A stretch of 64,000 nt of DNA from Alphaproteobacteria bacterium (GCA_965214705.1 CBDCCI010000002.1:1664001-1728000), one strand, 5' to 3'; numbered from the stretch's first letter, positions 1-9,695 are shown. Notes: generated by a model from the sequence alone, not told the origin. Made by a program: numbers and translations.

Positions 1-668
1 GACAGGAGGGCCAACTTGACCTTGGCGCCGCCCACGCACCGAACGGCGGCAAGCGTCTGTCGGAACGGTTCGGACAAATGCGCTTCGTCTAGAAGGATGA
101 GGCTGTTCATGCCGAGCAGGCCGGCGTGGACAGGCTTCATACGGTCCGATACGCCATAGCCACGGAACAGCAGCCGCGAGCCGACCTGATCGACGGTGGA
201 GCAGAGGATCGTCGGTTGCGTCGGCGTGCGCGCCCAATCGTGCTCCAGCGGTGCGCCGCCGCGAAGCTGCTGGGCGATCAGCGGCTTCGCGTCTTTGCCC
301 GCAAGTCGGCGCAGCCGGCAGGCGACCTCCTTGAGGACGTCATCGACATCGGCATCGGAACGTAGGGCGCCGCGCAGCGAATCGACGATCCTTTCTGCGT
401 GCGCGAACGCATCGTCCACCACTAGGCGCCGATCCACGACGAGCGCAATCCGCAAGGCAGCTTTTCCCGGCTCATCGGCGCGCAACGCCAGATGGAACAC
501 GGCCGCATCCAAGGCCGCGGTCTTCCCCGCACCCGTTGGCAAGTCCAGCACGTCGGGCCATTCGTCACGTTCGGCGAGCTGTTCGACCAGGGCTTGTTGC
601 CAAGGGAACGGGTCGTGGTCGTGGATCGCCCGAAAGAACCCGGAGAAGTCGGAAGGACCGAGTTCCAT
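1..668 (-). CDS. cas3: Type I-G (I-U) Cas3 helicase-nuclease, N-terminal part (runs off the window)
   Basis: My translation from ATG 668: MELGPSDFSGFFRAIHDHDPFPWQ...LDLPTGAGKT (Walker A)...VVDRRLVVD...LLDEAH (DEAH box); starts 2 bp after the csb2 stop. Confidence 0.93.
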   Translation of the reverse strand, partial: MELGPSDFSGFFRAIHDHDPFPWQQALVEQLAERDEWPDVLDLPTGAGKTAALDAAVFHLALRADEPGKAALRIALVVDRRLVVDDAFAHAERIVDSLRGALRSDADVDDVLKEVACRLRRLAGKDAKPLIAQQLRGGAPLEHDWARTPTQPTILCSTVDQVGSRLLFRGYGVSDRMKPVHAGLLGMNSLILLDEAHLSEPFRQTLAAVRCVGGAKVKLALL

Positions 669-670
669 GC

Positions 671-2119
671 TCAGGCCTCCTGACGGCGGCACAGCCCGAA
701 CCCGGTAAACCGTCCGGCTCCGAGGAGAACTGGACCGGCAATCTCCTGCTCGAAATCGATGACGGCGTGGACCAGTTGCCGGCTCGCCAGCGCGTCCGGT
801 ACTTTCCAACGCATCCATGACGGCTCGCCCGCTAGGGGCCGGGCCGGCGGCACACCTTCGAGCGCCGAATACTTGCCGACTTGGACTCGATCTGGATGTG
901 GGCGCGGCAGGCCGGCGTTCTGGCAGGCCCTGGCGACGAGCTCCCGCTTCTCGGCCTCGTCCTTTCGCTTCAGGTGACGTTCAAGAACGATCGGCGTCAC
1001 GCTGGCCCATAGGTGAGACGGTTTGAGATAGAAGTCGGGTCGGAGAGAGCGTTTCCGCGCGCTGTCGTCCGGTGCAGGTGCAAGATGCAACGGCTGATGC
1101 AGCGGAGGTCCCTCCAGCTTCAGGATGCGGCGTTCCTCGCTGCGACGATAGCGCGCCACCCTCTCGAAGGCCGCACGGAACCCCTCGACTTGGTCGAGCG
1201 CCAACCCGCGCGGTGGGATCAGCGCGAAGCCGAGGATGTGGCCGTCGGCATGCGGGAAGCCCGCGAAGGCCATCGGCGCGATCGTGAGATGTGGGAGTCG
1301 AGTCGGGGCGCCGTCCAGAGCATGGCCGGAAACGATCTCCGGTATGGCATCTTCCAAGCCCGCCTCGCGGTAACCGCTCATCAGAGTATGCCGCAAAAGG
1401 CGGCACACGAGTGCCGCCGCGCGGATATCCGGGACTTCGCCATCGACCGCTTCCAGCACGAGCCAATCGTCTCGCGGCACAGGCTCCGGCAGCGGTTCGG
1501 CGAATACCGGCGCGCCGGGCCGGATCATCGGGCGAACGGGGTTGGCGCGATGAGCCTCCTCCAGTTCGCGCAGGCGTCCGGGGTAGAGGCGCCTGCGTGC
1601 GCGCATCGGGGCGTGTTCGCGCGTCGAGACATCGCCGCGCAGGAACCGGCAGCGCGCTAGGCTGGTGGAGTGACCGAGATACCCGACGCACCCCGCGAGC
1701 GCGTTCAATGCGTCGAGCGCCGCTGGCTCCGGCTCCGTCGGCCAGACCAGTTCCATCTGCGGACGATCGGGGCGGGCGGTGGGGAAGCGTCGCGGCTGGC
1801 GCCGACGCCTGTCGGGCATCACCTTCATATAAGCCTTCGCCGTTTTCGATGCCCTGGAATCGTTCGGCGGGACAAACACATCGGGCGATGTTCGAGAAGT
1901 GTGACCGCTCGCGTAAATGGCCGGCGGCGGTTGGACCTCCAGCCACTCGAGCGCCGCCTGCTCCTCGGGCCGTTCGCCCCTCGCCGCCCAGGCGGACACG
2001 AGTGCCGAAAACACCCGATCCGGCTGCGGCGGCCAATCGGGCGCGTCGTCGCCGGGCTCGCGCGCCGCGCGGCAAACCTCCGTCAGGAACTCGATTTCAA
2101 GAACCAGACCCATTGTCAT
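671..2119 (-). CDS. csb2: Type I-G Csb2 (Cas5/Cas6 fusion)
   Basis: WPPQPDRVFSALV N-terminal motif, GYLGHSTS, WASVTP, C-terminal G-loop GPVLLGAGRFTGFGLC; start at 2119 or 2113. Confidence 0.92.
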   Translation of the reverse strand: MTMGLVLEIEFLTEVCRAAREPGDDAPDWPPQPDRVFSALVSAWAARGERPEEQAALEWLEVQPPPAIYASGHTSRTSPDVFVPPNDSRASKTAKAYMKVMPDRRRRQPRRFPTARPDRPQMELVWPTEPEPAALDALNALAGCVGYLGHSTSLARCRFLRGDVSTREHAPMRARRRLYPGRLRELEEAHRANPVRPMIRPGAPVFAEPLPEPVPRDDWLVLEAVDGEVPDIRAAALVCRLLRHTLMSGYREAGLEDAIPEIVSGHALDGAPTRLPHLTIAPMAFAGFPHADGHILGFALIPPRGLALDQVEGFRAAFERVARYRRSEERRILKLEGPPLHQPLHLAPAPDDSARKRSLRPDFYLKPSHLWASVTPIVLERHLKRKDEAEKRELVARACQNAGLPRPHPDRVQVGKYSALEGVPPARPLAGEPSWMRWKVPDALASRQLVHAVIDFEQEIAGPVLLGAGRFTGFGLCRRQEA

Positions 2120-3356
2120 CCCCGCCGTCGTCGCCCTTGCTTTCCAGCGCCAGTTGGCGGCTACGGCGGACGATCTCGATCAGCTTGTCCTGCGGCTTGA
2201 GGGTGAGTGACCGGAACTCGAAGCCCGCCGCCTCCGCCTGTGCGTAGGTTTGCCGATAGAGCGCCCGTGCCGCAACGCGGTCGAGTTCCACGGCGTCCGT
2301 GGTGCCGTCCGCATGCACCAGCTCCAGCGGCGCGGCACCCTCGCAGACCAAATCGCAGCGCGAGCGCAGGGCGTAGCCGCGCGCGTCCTGTTCCGCAAGC
2401 GCCAGAAGACCGAGCGACGCGATAAGGGCACGCCCGGCGGCATCCCGCTCGCCGCCGCCGAAGCGCAATCGCCGCAGCCCCGCCAGCGTGATCGTTGATC
2501 GGTGTTCCGCATGGTCGCAGGTGACCCCGAGAGGCTCTATCGTGGGAGCGATGTTGCTGTGATTGATCTCGGATGGCCGGACTTTCTTGGCACCCCTCCC
2601 TGCCTCATTCTGTTGGGTGCTCCATTCGGATACTGAAGCGCCCTTGAAGACCTCAACCTTTCCGAGGATGCCCAACGGGTCGATACGGCTTCCTGTGCGC
2701 CGTCCCGCCGTACGAGTCTCCACTTCACCGGTGCGTCGGTCGGCCGGGCCGTCTTCGACCGGCGTGTCGACCCCCATGATTTCGGAGACGACCGCGCGCG
2801 GGAACTTCGCGCCGAGGCCGCCGCCCTGGCCTTGGCTGTGCCAAGCGCCGAACAACAGGGCCGTGGGAGACAGCTCCAGCAACGCCGTCGCATCGGCAGG
2901 CTTCGCCGCCGCTAGGCGCTGGCCCTCGTCGCTTCGCATGAAGGGCGTGCCACTTAGGAGGCTGTCCCGCAGGATGGCGTCGTAGACCCGGTGCGGCGCA
3001 TCCAGCGAGGTGATGCGCTCCAACGGCTCCAGCCCCGCGCCGCGAAAATCCACCGTAACGTAAGGCAGTGGCAGCCGCTCATCCCTGGCTTCTTCTTCCT
3101 CAGCCGCCGCCAGCAGCGCCTCTTCCAGCCGGTTGGCTTGGCTCTGCACGCTGTCGATCAAGACGCACCAGATTTCCTTGCCGTCCACTCGGCGCAACTC
3201 GAACACGTGACGCGGTGGATCGTTGCGGCCCTGACCGCGATAGGTTGGCGGAAATATCTTGTCGCCCTGCCCGCCAACCGGCTGAAGCCGCCGAACGCGG
3301 CGGAACGCCGCATCACTCCCAACCGCGTCCATCAAGGCGCGCAACTCGATTGTCAT
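2097..3356 (-). CDS. csb1: Type I-G Csb1 (Cas7 backbone)
   Basis: KIFPPTY, IDSVQSQANRLE, APHRVYDA, ALLFGAWHS, LRSRCDL motifs; overlaps csb2 start. Confidence 0.93.
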   Translation of the reverse strand: MTIELRALMDAVGSDAAFRRVRRLQPVGGQGDKIFPPTYRGQGRNDPPRHVFELRRVDGKEIWCVLIDSVQSQANRLEEALLAAAEEEEARDERLPLPYVTVDFRGAGLEPLERITSLDAPHRVYDAILRDSLLSGTPFMRSDEGQRLAAAKPADATALLELSPTALLFGAWHSQGQGGGLGAKFPRAVVSEIMGVDTPVEDGPADRRTGEVETRTAGRRTGSRIDPLGILGKVEVFKGASVSEWSTQQNEAGRGAKKVRPSEINHSNIAPTIEPLGVTCDHAEHRSTITLAGLRRLRFGGGERDAAGRALIASLGLLALAEQDARGYALRSRCDLVCEGAAPLELVHADGTTDAVELDRVAARALYRQTYAQAEAAGFEFRSLTLKPQDKLIEIVRRSRQLALESKGDDGGDDNGSGS

Positions 3357-3917
3357 GTCCCGTTCCTCTGATCGGTGGTGTAGTCACGTTCTTTCGTCAT
3401 GCTCGATGAGTCTTGGCGTAGCTGTAGCGCCGAGCGTCATCGCTTAGCCGGTGCTGCGGATAAGACGGATTCGCACCATCGAAGCCCCCATCGAAACGCG
3501 CAATGCTTCGGCCCCGAGCGCAGTGTACATGGTATACGTGGTGCGTTGGCGAGTCATAAGGATACCTGCTTATCCATGAGAGTCATCCAGGCTCCTCGAC
3601 AGCGAAGGCTTCACGGAATGCGACAACGCGGGAACCTCGCATGCGAAAGGCGACATTCGCCGCCATCACTATGACCTCCCAATTCGGAACACAAAGAAGG
3701 CACTGGCATTCGATGGAGGACTTTCATGGATAAGGCTTATCCCTCTGGCTCCGGTTCCCCAACATGTTGTACCGGCCACCTCGGCGGCGGTATCCGACAC
3801 GGTCGCAGTTCCTTCCGTGTCTCAATGGGTTGCCCGTAAAGTGCCCAGCGATCCGGCACCCCACATATGGAGAAGCCGGATGTAAGGGGATAAGCCTTTC
3901 ATGGATAAGCAGGTAAG

Positions 3918-4165
3918 GATATGCCTGCGCAACCAGATACTGCCCCATTTCGCCGGCCGCCAGATCCACGACATCGAGAGCGGTGACGTGCGGAATCGCG
4001 ATGCCGGGGCAGGGGTTGGAGCCGCGCTCGCGCAGGCCCCACCTCGGTGTGGAACATCATCGCGCGCAGTATCTCGAAGGTGCGATTGACTGCGCCGGAT
4101 GTTGTCGGCGGGATTCTCGCCCGCGCGGATGCGTGCGAGCATGGCGCCGGCGCGGCGACCTGCGC
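3918..4165. pseudogene. Scrambled tyrosine-integrase remnant
   Basis: Minus-strand fragments RRAGAMLARIRAGENPADNIRR and FEILRAMM..GLRERGSNPC; plus-strand fragment LRNQILPHFAGRQIHDI; all resemble arm-binding/SAM regions of island integrases. Confidence 0.5.
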
Positions 4166-4495
4166 CTACATCGACATTCCCCGGTCCTTGCTCATTCGCA
4201 GGGCGGCCTGCTTTTCCTGTTCCCGGGCGATCCTGTTGCGGATCTCCTCTTCCCGCTCTTGGACCGCGTCCGGGCCTGCGCCGGCGGCGCCCAGATGAGC
4301 GGCGAGCTCGTGTTGCGGCACGTCCTTCCTGAGCGCGGCCGCTTCGTCGAGAACCTCCTTCTCCTTCTGCCGGCAGTCTTGCCGGGCCTGTCGACGCTCC
4401 TCGAACGAGTTGGTCGTGACGTCCATCTGCGTCAGAGCGTTCCGCGCGCGCTCGAGCTCCGCAGCCCGCACGAGGAATGCTTCCACCCGATTCCG
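4166..4495 (-). pseudogene. Detached C-terminal 109 codons of the MOBF relaxase
   Basis: In frame with 11339-15802 once the IS66 and one GTTGAACG copy are removed (..CWTFN-RNRVEAF..KDRGMSM*). Confidence 0.9.
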
Positions 4496-4546
4496 GTTGA
4501 ACGGTAAGCGGTATCGAGGCCCCATACTCTCTTGAGTAACTTCTCT

Positions 4547-5971
4547 CTAAGCCGTTGACATAGAGGCATTTGTGTTTTTGTTGTCGTCGTCGATCTCGAC
4601 CAGTTGGAAGCCGAGCTTCTTGGCCTGTCGACGGAGCGAAGAGAACTTTCGGTCCAGGCGTCGGCTCTCGTAGACCTCCATCCCCTTCTCGGCATATTGC
4701 TGGCCGCGGGTCACCATCAGGTAGATCAGGCAGGCGAGTTCTCGGGCGGTGGCGACAACGGCTACGCTGGTGTCCATCCGGGCGAGGCGGCTGCGGTGCT
4801 TGGCGCCGATGAAGGTTTGGCTGGTGCGAGCGGTCATGGCCGCCATGCGCAGTGCCTGGCCAACGCGGTTGACCACCTTGGGCCCCCGGCCCGGCAACGG
4901 TTTGCCGCCGCTGATCCTGGTCCCAGGCGCCAGCCCCAGCCAGGAACTGAAGTGCTGTGCGGAGGGAAAGGCGGAGAAGTCAGGACCGATCTCGGCGGCG
5001 ATCACCAGGGCAGTGTTGACGCCGACGGTGGGGATTGCGGTGAGATCGACCCCCATCATCTTATGCAGCGCCATAGCCATGGCCTTATCCTGCCCGCGGA
5101 GCGCCCTGCCGCTGCTGCTTGGGGTCTCGTTCGACGCCGTGCCCGATGATCCGACACTGGGAGTGTCCTCGGGCGTACCCTCATCCGTCGGATCGTCCGG
5201 CGGGGTCAGGTGCTCAACCTCCGCCATGATCCGCGCCTCGCAGTCCGCGATCTGCTGCTCCAGAAAGTCGTAGCGCTGCATCGCCTGCTCAAGCGCGAAC
5301 AGGTGCTCCTCGCGCCAAGTGCCCTCCAGGCTCGCGGCAATCGTGTCGGCGCTGGCCTTGATCCGCCTGTCGCGAAGCGACGCCAGCCGCCCGGGGTCGC
5401 GCTCGCCGGCGATGATCGCCCGCAGGATGCGCTCACCCGTCTTCCCCATGATATCGCTGATCACCGAGTCCAGACGCACGTTCATCTGGGTCAGCGCCTT
5501 CTGCATATGCAGCACGCAGCGAGAGCGGTCCTCGATCAACTGCTTCGCCTGGCGCATGAAGGAGCGCAACGGGCAGATCGCGTCGCCCGGCCGGAAGGCG
5601 CCGCGCAGAAGGCCGTAGGACATCAGCTGCCAGATCCACTGGCAGTCCAGCACATCGCTCTTGCGCCCGCCGATCTGCTTCGTCATCCGGGGCGGCACAA
5701 GCATCACCTCGAAGCCGGCTCGATCCAGGACCTCGTAAACCGGGATCCAGTAGACCGAGGTCGACTCCATCGCCACCTTCGTCACACCGCACGACTTCAG
5801 CCACTCGGCCATCGCATCCAGGTCGCGCGTGAACGCGCCGAACTCCCTCACCGGTTCCTCGGCTCGCTCCGGATCCACCGCCACGAAGTGCCGGTCCTTG
5901 CCGATGTCGATCCCGGCGCAATTCGGGTGCACTACCTTGAGGCGCTGCCTCCTTCTCCGCTTGCGCGCCAT
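4547..5971 (-). CDS. IS110 DEDD recombinase/transposase
   Basis: GIDIG, AMESTSVYW, GRKSDVLDC, SWLGLAPGTRISGG (catalytic Ser region); ATG 5971 with GGGAGGG RBS. Confidence 0.93.
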   Translation of the reverse strand: MARKRRRRQRLKVVHPNCAGIDIGKDRHFVAVDPERAEEPVREFGAFTRDLDAMAEWLKSCGVTKVAMESTSVYWIPVYEVLDRAGFEVMLVPPRMTKQIGGRKSDVLDCQWIWQLMSYGLLRGAFRPGDAICPLRSFMRQAKQLIEDRSRCVLHMQKALTQMNVRLDSVISDIMGKTGERILRAIIAGERDPGRLASLRDRRIKASADTIAASLEGTWREEHLFALEQAMQRYDFLEQQIADCEARIMAEVEHLTPPDDPTDEGTPEDTPSVGSSGTASNETPSSSGRALRGQDKAMAMALHKMMGVDLTAIPTVGVNTALVIAAEIGPDFSAFPSAQHFSSWLGLAPGTRISGGKPLPGRGPKVVNRVGQALRMAAMTARTSQTFIGAKHRSRLARMDTSVAVVATARELACLIYLMVTRGQQYAEKGMEVYESRRLDRKFSSLRRQAKKLGFQLVEIDDDNKNTNASMSTA

Positions 5972-6256
5972 CGAGAGCCCTCCCAAACTCCGTTGACGTT
6001 GCGGGTGGGGAGGAACCGCGGCGAAGTCTCAATCTCTTGAACGAGGTCACGGGCGAACCCGCGCCATCAGTGACAGAAGCCGATCACGGTTCGGGCCAAG
6101 CTTCCAAACGGGTGCCCTCGCACGCCACTGAAGGGACGGCCTCGTCTGCCCTACCCGCTACCACTTCACGCTTCAACCGTCGAAGACTCAACCCCAGTCG
6201 AAGACTCTACCCCCAGTTACTTCAGCGACTGAGCCGCTGCGCCGCAGTGGTGGTGG
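5972..6256 (-). ncRNA. Putative bridge RNA in the IS110 left non-coding end
   Basis: Holds a 7-nt match to the target junction (6101-6107) followed in RNA sense by an 8-nt match to the donor junction (6033-6040); RNA boundaries unknown. Confidence 0.65.
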
Positions 6257-6323
6257 CTTCCAACGAATCTGATTTCGCGGCTGACTCTGGGCCTTGGCAA
6301 GGAGCCTGGGAGGAGGCATCGCG

Positions 6324-6959
6324 ATGAAGGATTTGGATCTGCTGCGTGGCCACGATTTCGGCGCCAACTCGGTTGAGGCGTCAGGGTCTGAGGAAGCCGC
6401 CCCATCTGCTGCAGCCCCATCTACGGCAACCGGTTCGGCTGATCACACTCGGCGGTCATGGTCCGCCGAGGAGAAGGCACGGATTGTCGCGGAGAGCGAC
6501 AGGCCGGGGGCCGTGCAGAAGGAGGTCGCGGCTCGTCACGGCATCACCGGGCAAACTCTTCGTCAGTGGCGCAGTCGGTCGCGCGCTCGTGGTCTCTCCG
6601 GCGCGAGCGGGGCAGCGGCTTCCGGGGACCGGCATGGCCGGCCTTGGCCGGATGATGTGAAGGCGCAGATCGTTGCGGAGAGCGAGCGCCCGGGAGCCAC
6701 GATATCGGCAGTTGCCCGCCGTCACGGCATCAGCGAGAAGACGCTGCGCACCTGGCGTCGTCAGGCGGCGAGTGGCGCTGGCGGTGATCGGCGGGGAGCC
6801 GAGTCTGCGCCCCCCTATATTCCGGTTGTGGTTGACGGGGCCGCGTCCGAGCAGACGGTCGCGATCGAGGCGCTGGGCGTCGTCGTTCGCCTTCCGGTGG
6901 AGAGCGCGGTCGATCGGATCGTGGCTGTGGCCTCGGGCCTGGGTCGTGCGTCGTCATGA
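6324..6959 (+). CDS. tnpA: IS66 TnpA with two tandem HTH domains
   Basis: RRSWSAEEKARIVAES..VAARHGI..LRQWR and RPWPDDVKAQIVAES..VARRHGI..LRTWR. Confidence 0.88.
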   Translation: MKDLDLLRGHDFGANSVEASGSEEAAPSAAAPSTATGSADHTRRSWSAEEKARIVAESDRPGAVQKEVAARHGITGQTLRQWRSRSRARGLSGASGAAASGDRHGRPWPDDVKAQIVAESERPGATISAVARRHGISEKTLRTWRRQAASGAGGDRRGAESAPPYIPVVVDGAASEQTVAIEALGVVVRLPVESAVDRIVAVASGLGRASS

Positions 6960-7306
6960 TCGCGGTTCCCTCGCTTCGCATCCTGTTGGCGACGCGTCCG
7001 GTTGATTTTCGTCGCGGCCACGACGCTCTTGCGGCGACGGCAGCGGGGGAGCTGGACCTCGATATCTATTCCGGAGTGATCGTGATCTTCCGCTCGCGCC
7101 GCGGGGACAGGCTCAAGCTTCTCACCTGGGACGGGACCGGTCTGGTGATGACCTACAAGCGTCTTGAGCAGGGCCGCTTCGCCTGGCCCGCGATTGAGGA
7201 CGGTGTGATTCGCCTTACGAAGGGCCAGTTCGAGGCTCTCTTCGAGGGTCTGGACTGGCGCCGGGTGAAGGCCCGCCCGGTTCGCCGCCCGCTGGCGGCG
7301 GAGTGA
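6956..7306 (+). CDS. tnpB: IS66 TnpB accessory protein
   Basis: PVDFRRGHDAL, IFRSRRGDRLKLL.WDG.G, KRLEQGRF.WP; ATGA overlap with tnpA. Confidence 0.95.
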   Translation: MIAVPSLRILLATRPVDFRRGHDALAATAAGELDLDIYSGVIVIFRSRRGDRLKLLTWDGTGLVMTYKRLEQGRFAWPAIEDGVIRLTKGQFEALFEGLDWRRVKARPVRRPLAAE

Positions 7307-7535
7307 GGCGACACGCAGGCGGGGCCGCAGATTTCGGTCGAGGTCCCGCCTGCGCTTTTCTCTGGTCACGCATCGGCGAATCGGATTAAGGGATCGGCCA
7401 TGCCGAAGGCCACGCCCTCACCCCCCAGCAGCGCCGGTTCGCCGTCGCCTGAGGTGGTTTCGGCGGCGCTGGCGGCCCTGCAGGCGGAGCTTGCCGACGA
7501 GCGCGCGGCGCGCCGTGCGACCGAAGCAGCCCTAA

Positions 7536-9695
7536 CCCAAGTTGGCACTTTTGTCCTACCCATGTCCTTTATCGTGTTGATGTAACGCGATATTTCTCTC
7601 GGCCGGTTCCAACATGGCACTACATTTTGTTGGATTCTGTCAGTTCGGCAGGCGGGTCCTCGTGCGGTGGATGGCGGGTTCCACGCCCGCCGCCGAGGAG
7701 ATTGCGGCAACCTCAGCGGCCGGGCGCGTGTCCTGTCGATTGACGATCAAGGTGCCGTCGGTCTGGCGCAGGCGCGTGGTGATCCGCACCCAGGTCCGCA
7801 TGCTCTCGCGGATCGATGCCCAGCACTTGTGGATGTCCCGCGCGGCCAGCCGGGTACGGATCAGATGCACGGCGTGGTAGGCCAGCACGGCGATCAGCAG
7901 GTGGGCCGCGATGCGCCGGTCGAGCTGGTGCCAGATCGGGCGAAGGCCGAGTTCGGATTTCAGGCTTCGGAATGTCGCCTCGATATCCGTGATCCGCCAG
8001 TACGTCCGCAGGACCGTCTCGATATCCCAGTCGACGTGGCTGGTGCGCAGCACATAGGCGCCCGCGCCCTCATCGGCCTCGTCGTATCGCGGCCTGCGCT
8101 TGAAGCGCACGGCGGTGGCATTGGGGCCGGTGTCCGCCTTCTCGACCGTGATCTCGTAGTGCCTGGCGACGGCGGAGAAGCGCTGCTTGAGGCGGCCTAT
8201 GCTCTCCAGCACCTTGTCGTAGCGCTTGAGGCGGCCCTTGACCGCAAGGCCGCCGTGGAGCCTTTGCAGCGCCGCCTCGAAGCGGTTCCGCCTCAGGCCG
8301 ATGATCGCGTTCTCGGCCTTCTTCTTGCCCTCGCTGACGACGTAGAGCCGCGCCTCGCCGTCCTCGCTGGCAAGCCGCCAGGCCCGCACCTCGTGGCGCG
8401 CGCTGGTGATCAGCAGGGCCTCGGGTCCGCCCTCGGGCGGCGCAGGCCTGGCACCGCGGCTGACCGCGATCCAGTCGTAGCCCTGCTCGCCCAGCCAGAC
8501 GATGTTCTCCTCGGTGGCGATGCCCGCGTCCATGACCACCGTGGGCTTCGCCGCCGTGCCGCCGCATACCGCCTCGAGCCGGGCCAGCGCCTCGTGCAGC
8601 GTGCCCGGCTCGCTCACGTTGCCGGGCAGGATCTCGCAACTGCGCGGGAAGCCCGCACCGTCGAGCGCCAGCGCCAGCGTGATGAGGGGACAGTCGTCGC
8701 GCTTCTGCTTGGAGCGCCCGAACCTGGGAAGCTCGCCGTCGGTGTGGCCGTGGTAGTGGACGTTGGTGAGATCGTAGAAGGCGATCGTCTCGGGCAGGTC
8801 GAGCAGCGCGCGCTCACGGTTGAACAGTTCCCTCTGGATGGCGGCCCGGTGGCGCCAGAGCAGGTCGCCGATGCGGTAGAGCGTCTTGCGCCGCAGCGCC
8901 TTGCGGTCGCCCTCCAGGCCCAGGAGCTCGGCGGCCGCGCTGTCGTGGCGGAGCCAGCGGCTGGTATCACGCTCGCTGGCGGGATGGACCATCCTGGCGA
9001 CGATCAGCGCGCTGGCGATGCGTCCGTCGCGGCCCTTGATGTCGAGGCCGTGGAGGATTTCGGCGAAGCCAAGGTCGTCGAGGGCCTTGAGGCACAGGCG
9101 CTCGCAGCCGACGGTGCGCGGGTTCTCATGCTCCAGGGTATCGAGGTCGACGGTGGCGATCTCGGGCTTGCGCGCCTCTTCCTGCATCGCCTCGACGCGG
9201 AACCCCCTGGCCCTGAGCTTGGCGACGATGTCCTCGGCTGCGGCCTGCACGTCCGGGACGGCTTGGAGCAGCGGCGGGCGGCCGTGCAGCAGCGCCTCGG
9301 CGAGTTCGGCCACTTCGCGCCATTTCTCCTTCGGCACCGGATAGTCGGTGCCGAGGTTGAGGAGCGTGCGCTGCCTGACCTTGTCGCCGATGCGCTGGGA
9401 GAGCACGAGGCGATGGCTTCGGACGGGCTTGCCGTCGGTGGTGTGGGTCTTGGTTGCCCTGATGAACATGTCGCCCGTCGCGAGATTGTTGCGAGGGGCC
9501 AAGATTTGTCGGCTTGGGGTCTGGGGTCAAGGGAAAATCGTCAATACCTAACAACTCCTGGCACTACAACGCGCTTCCAGCGCCTCAATTACACATATAG
9601 TGGCATCATCTCGGAGCTACCCCAATATGTGGTACTTCGGTCCGCAAAATATGGGCAGACCGGCATTGAGCAACCGGAAAAAGTGCCAACTTGGG
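7536..9695 (-). mobile_element. IS1634 family element
   Basis: Perfect 17-bp TIR CCCAAGTTGGCACTTTT; CTAA duplicated at 7532-7535 and 9696-9699. Confidence 0.9.
7640..9469 (-). CDS. IS1634 DDE transposase
   Basis: FYDLTN, FGRSKQKRDDCP, VVMDAG, IEATFRSLKSELGLRPIWHQ, RIAAHLLIAVLAY; likely start MFIRATK. Confidence 0.9.
   Translation of the reverse strand: MFIRATKTHTTDGKPVRSHRLVLSQRIGDKVRQRTLLNLGTDYPVPKEKWREVAELAEALLHGRPPLLQAVPDVQAAAEDIVAKLRARGFRVEAMQEEARKPEIATVDLDTLEHENPRTVGCERLCLKALDDLGFAEILHGLDIKGRDGRIASALIVARMVHPASERDTSRWLRHDSAAAELLGLEGDRKALRRKTLYRIGDLLWRHRAAIQRELFNRERALLDLPETIAFYDLTNVHYHGHTDGELPRFGRSKQKRDDCPLITLALALDGAGFPRSCEILPGNVSEPGTLHEALARLEAVCGGTAAKPTVVMDAGIATEENIVWLGEQGYDWIAVSRGARPAPPEGGPEALLITSARHEVRAWRLASEDGEARLYVVSEGKKKAENAIIGLRRNRFEAALQRLHGGLAVKGRLKRYDKVLESIGRLKQRFSAVARHYEITVEKADTGPNATAVRFKRRPRYDEADEGAGAYVLRTSHVDWDIETVLRTYWRITDIEATFRSLKSELGLRPIWHQLDRRIAAHLLIAVLAYHAVHLIRTRLAARDIHKCWASIRESMRTWVRITTRLRQTDGTLIVNRQDTRPAAEVAAISSAAGVEPAIHRTRTRLPN

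Larger units (their letters stand above)
4529..6258 (-). mobile_element. IS110 family element inserted in the left end of IS66
   Basis: CT dinucleotide on both sides (4527-4528, 6257-6258); empty site CCCATA-CT-TCCA matches the intact IS66 ends at 51128 and 57813; no TIRs. Confidence 0.9.

Noticed and set aside
3357-4165. CRISPR array next to the cas operon
   Set aside because: No repeat-spacer periodicity here or anywhere else in the window; only one weak repeat-like 36-mer.
6956-7306. tnpB as an RNA-guided TnpB nuclease
   Set aside because: It is the 116-aa IS66 accessory TnpB, unrelated to IS200/IS605 TnpB; no RuvC or Zn finger.
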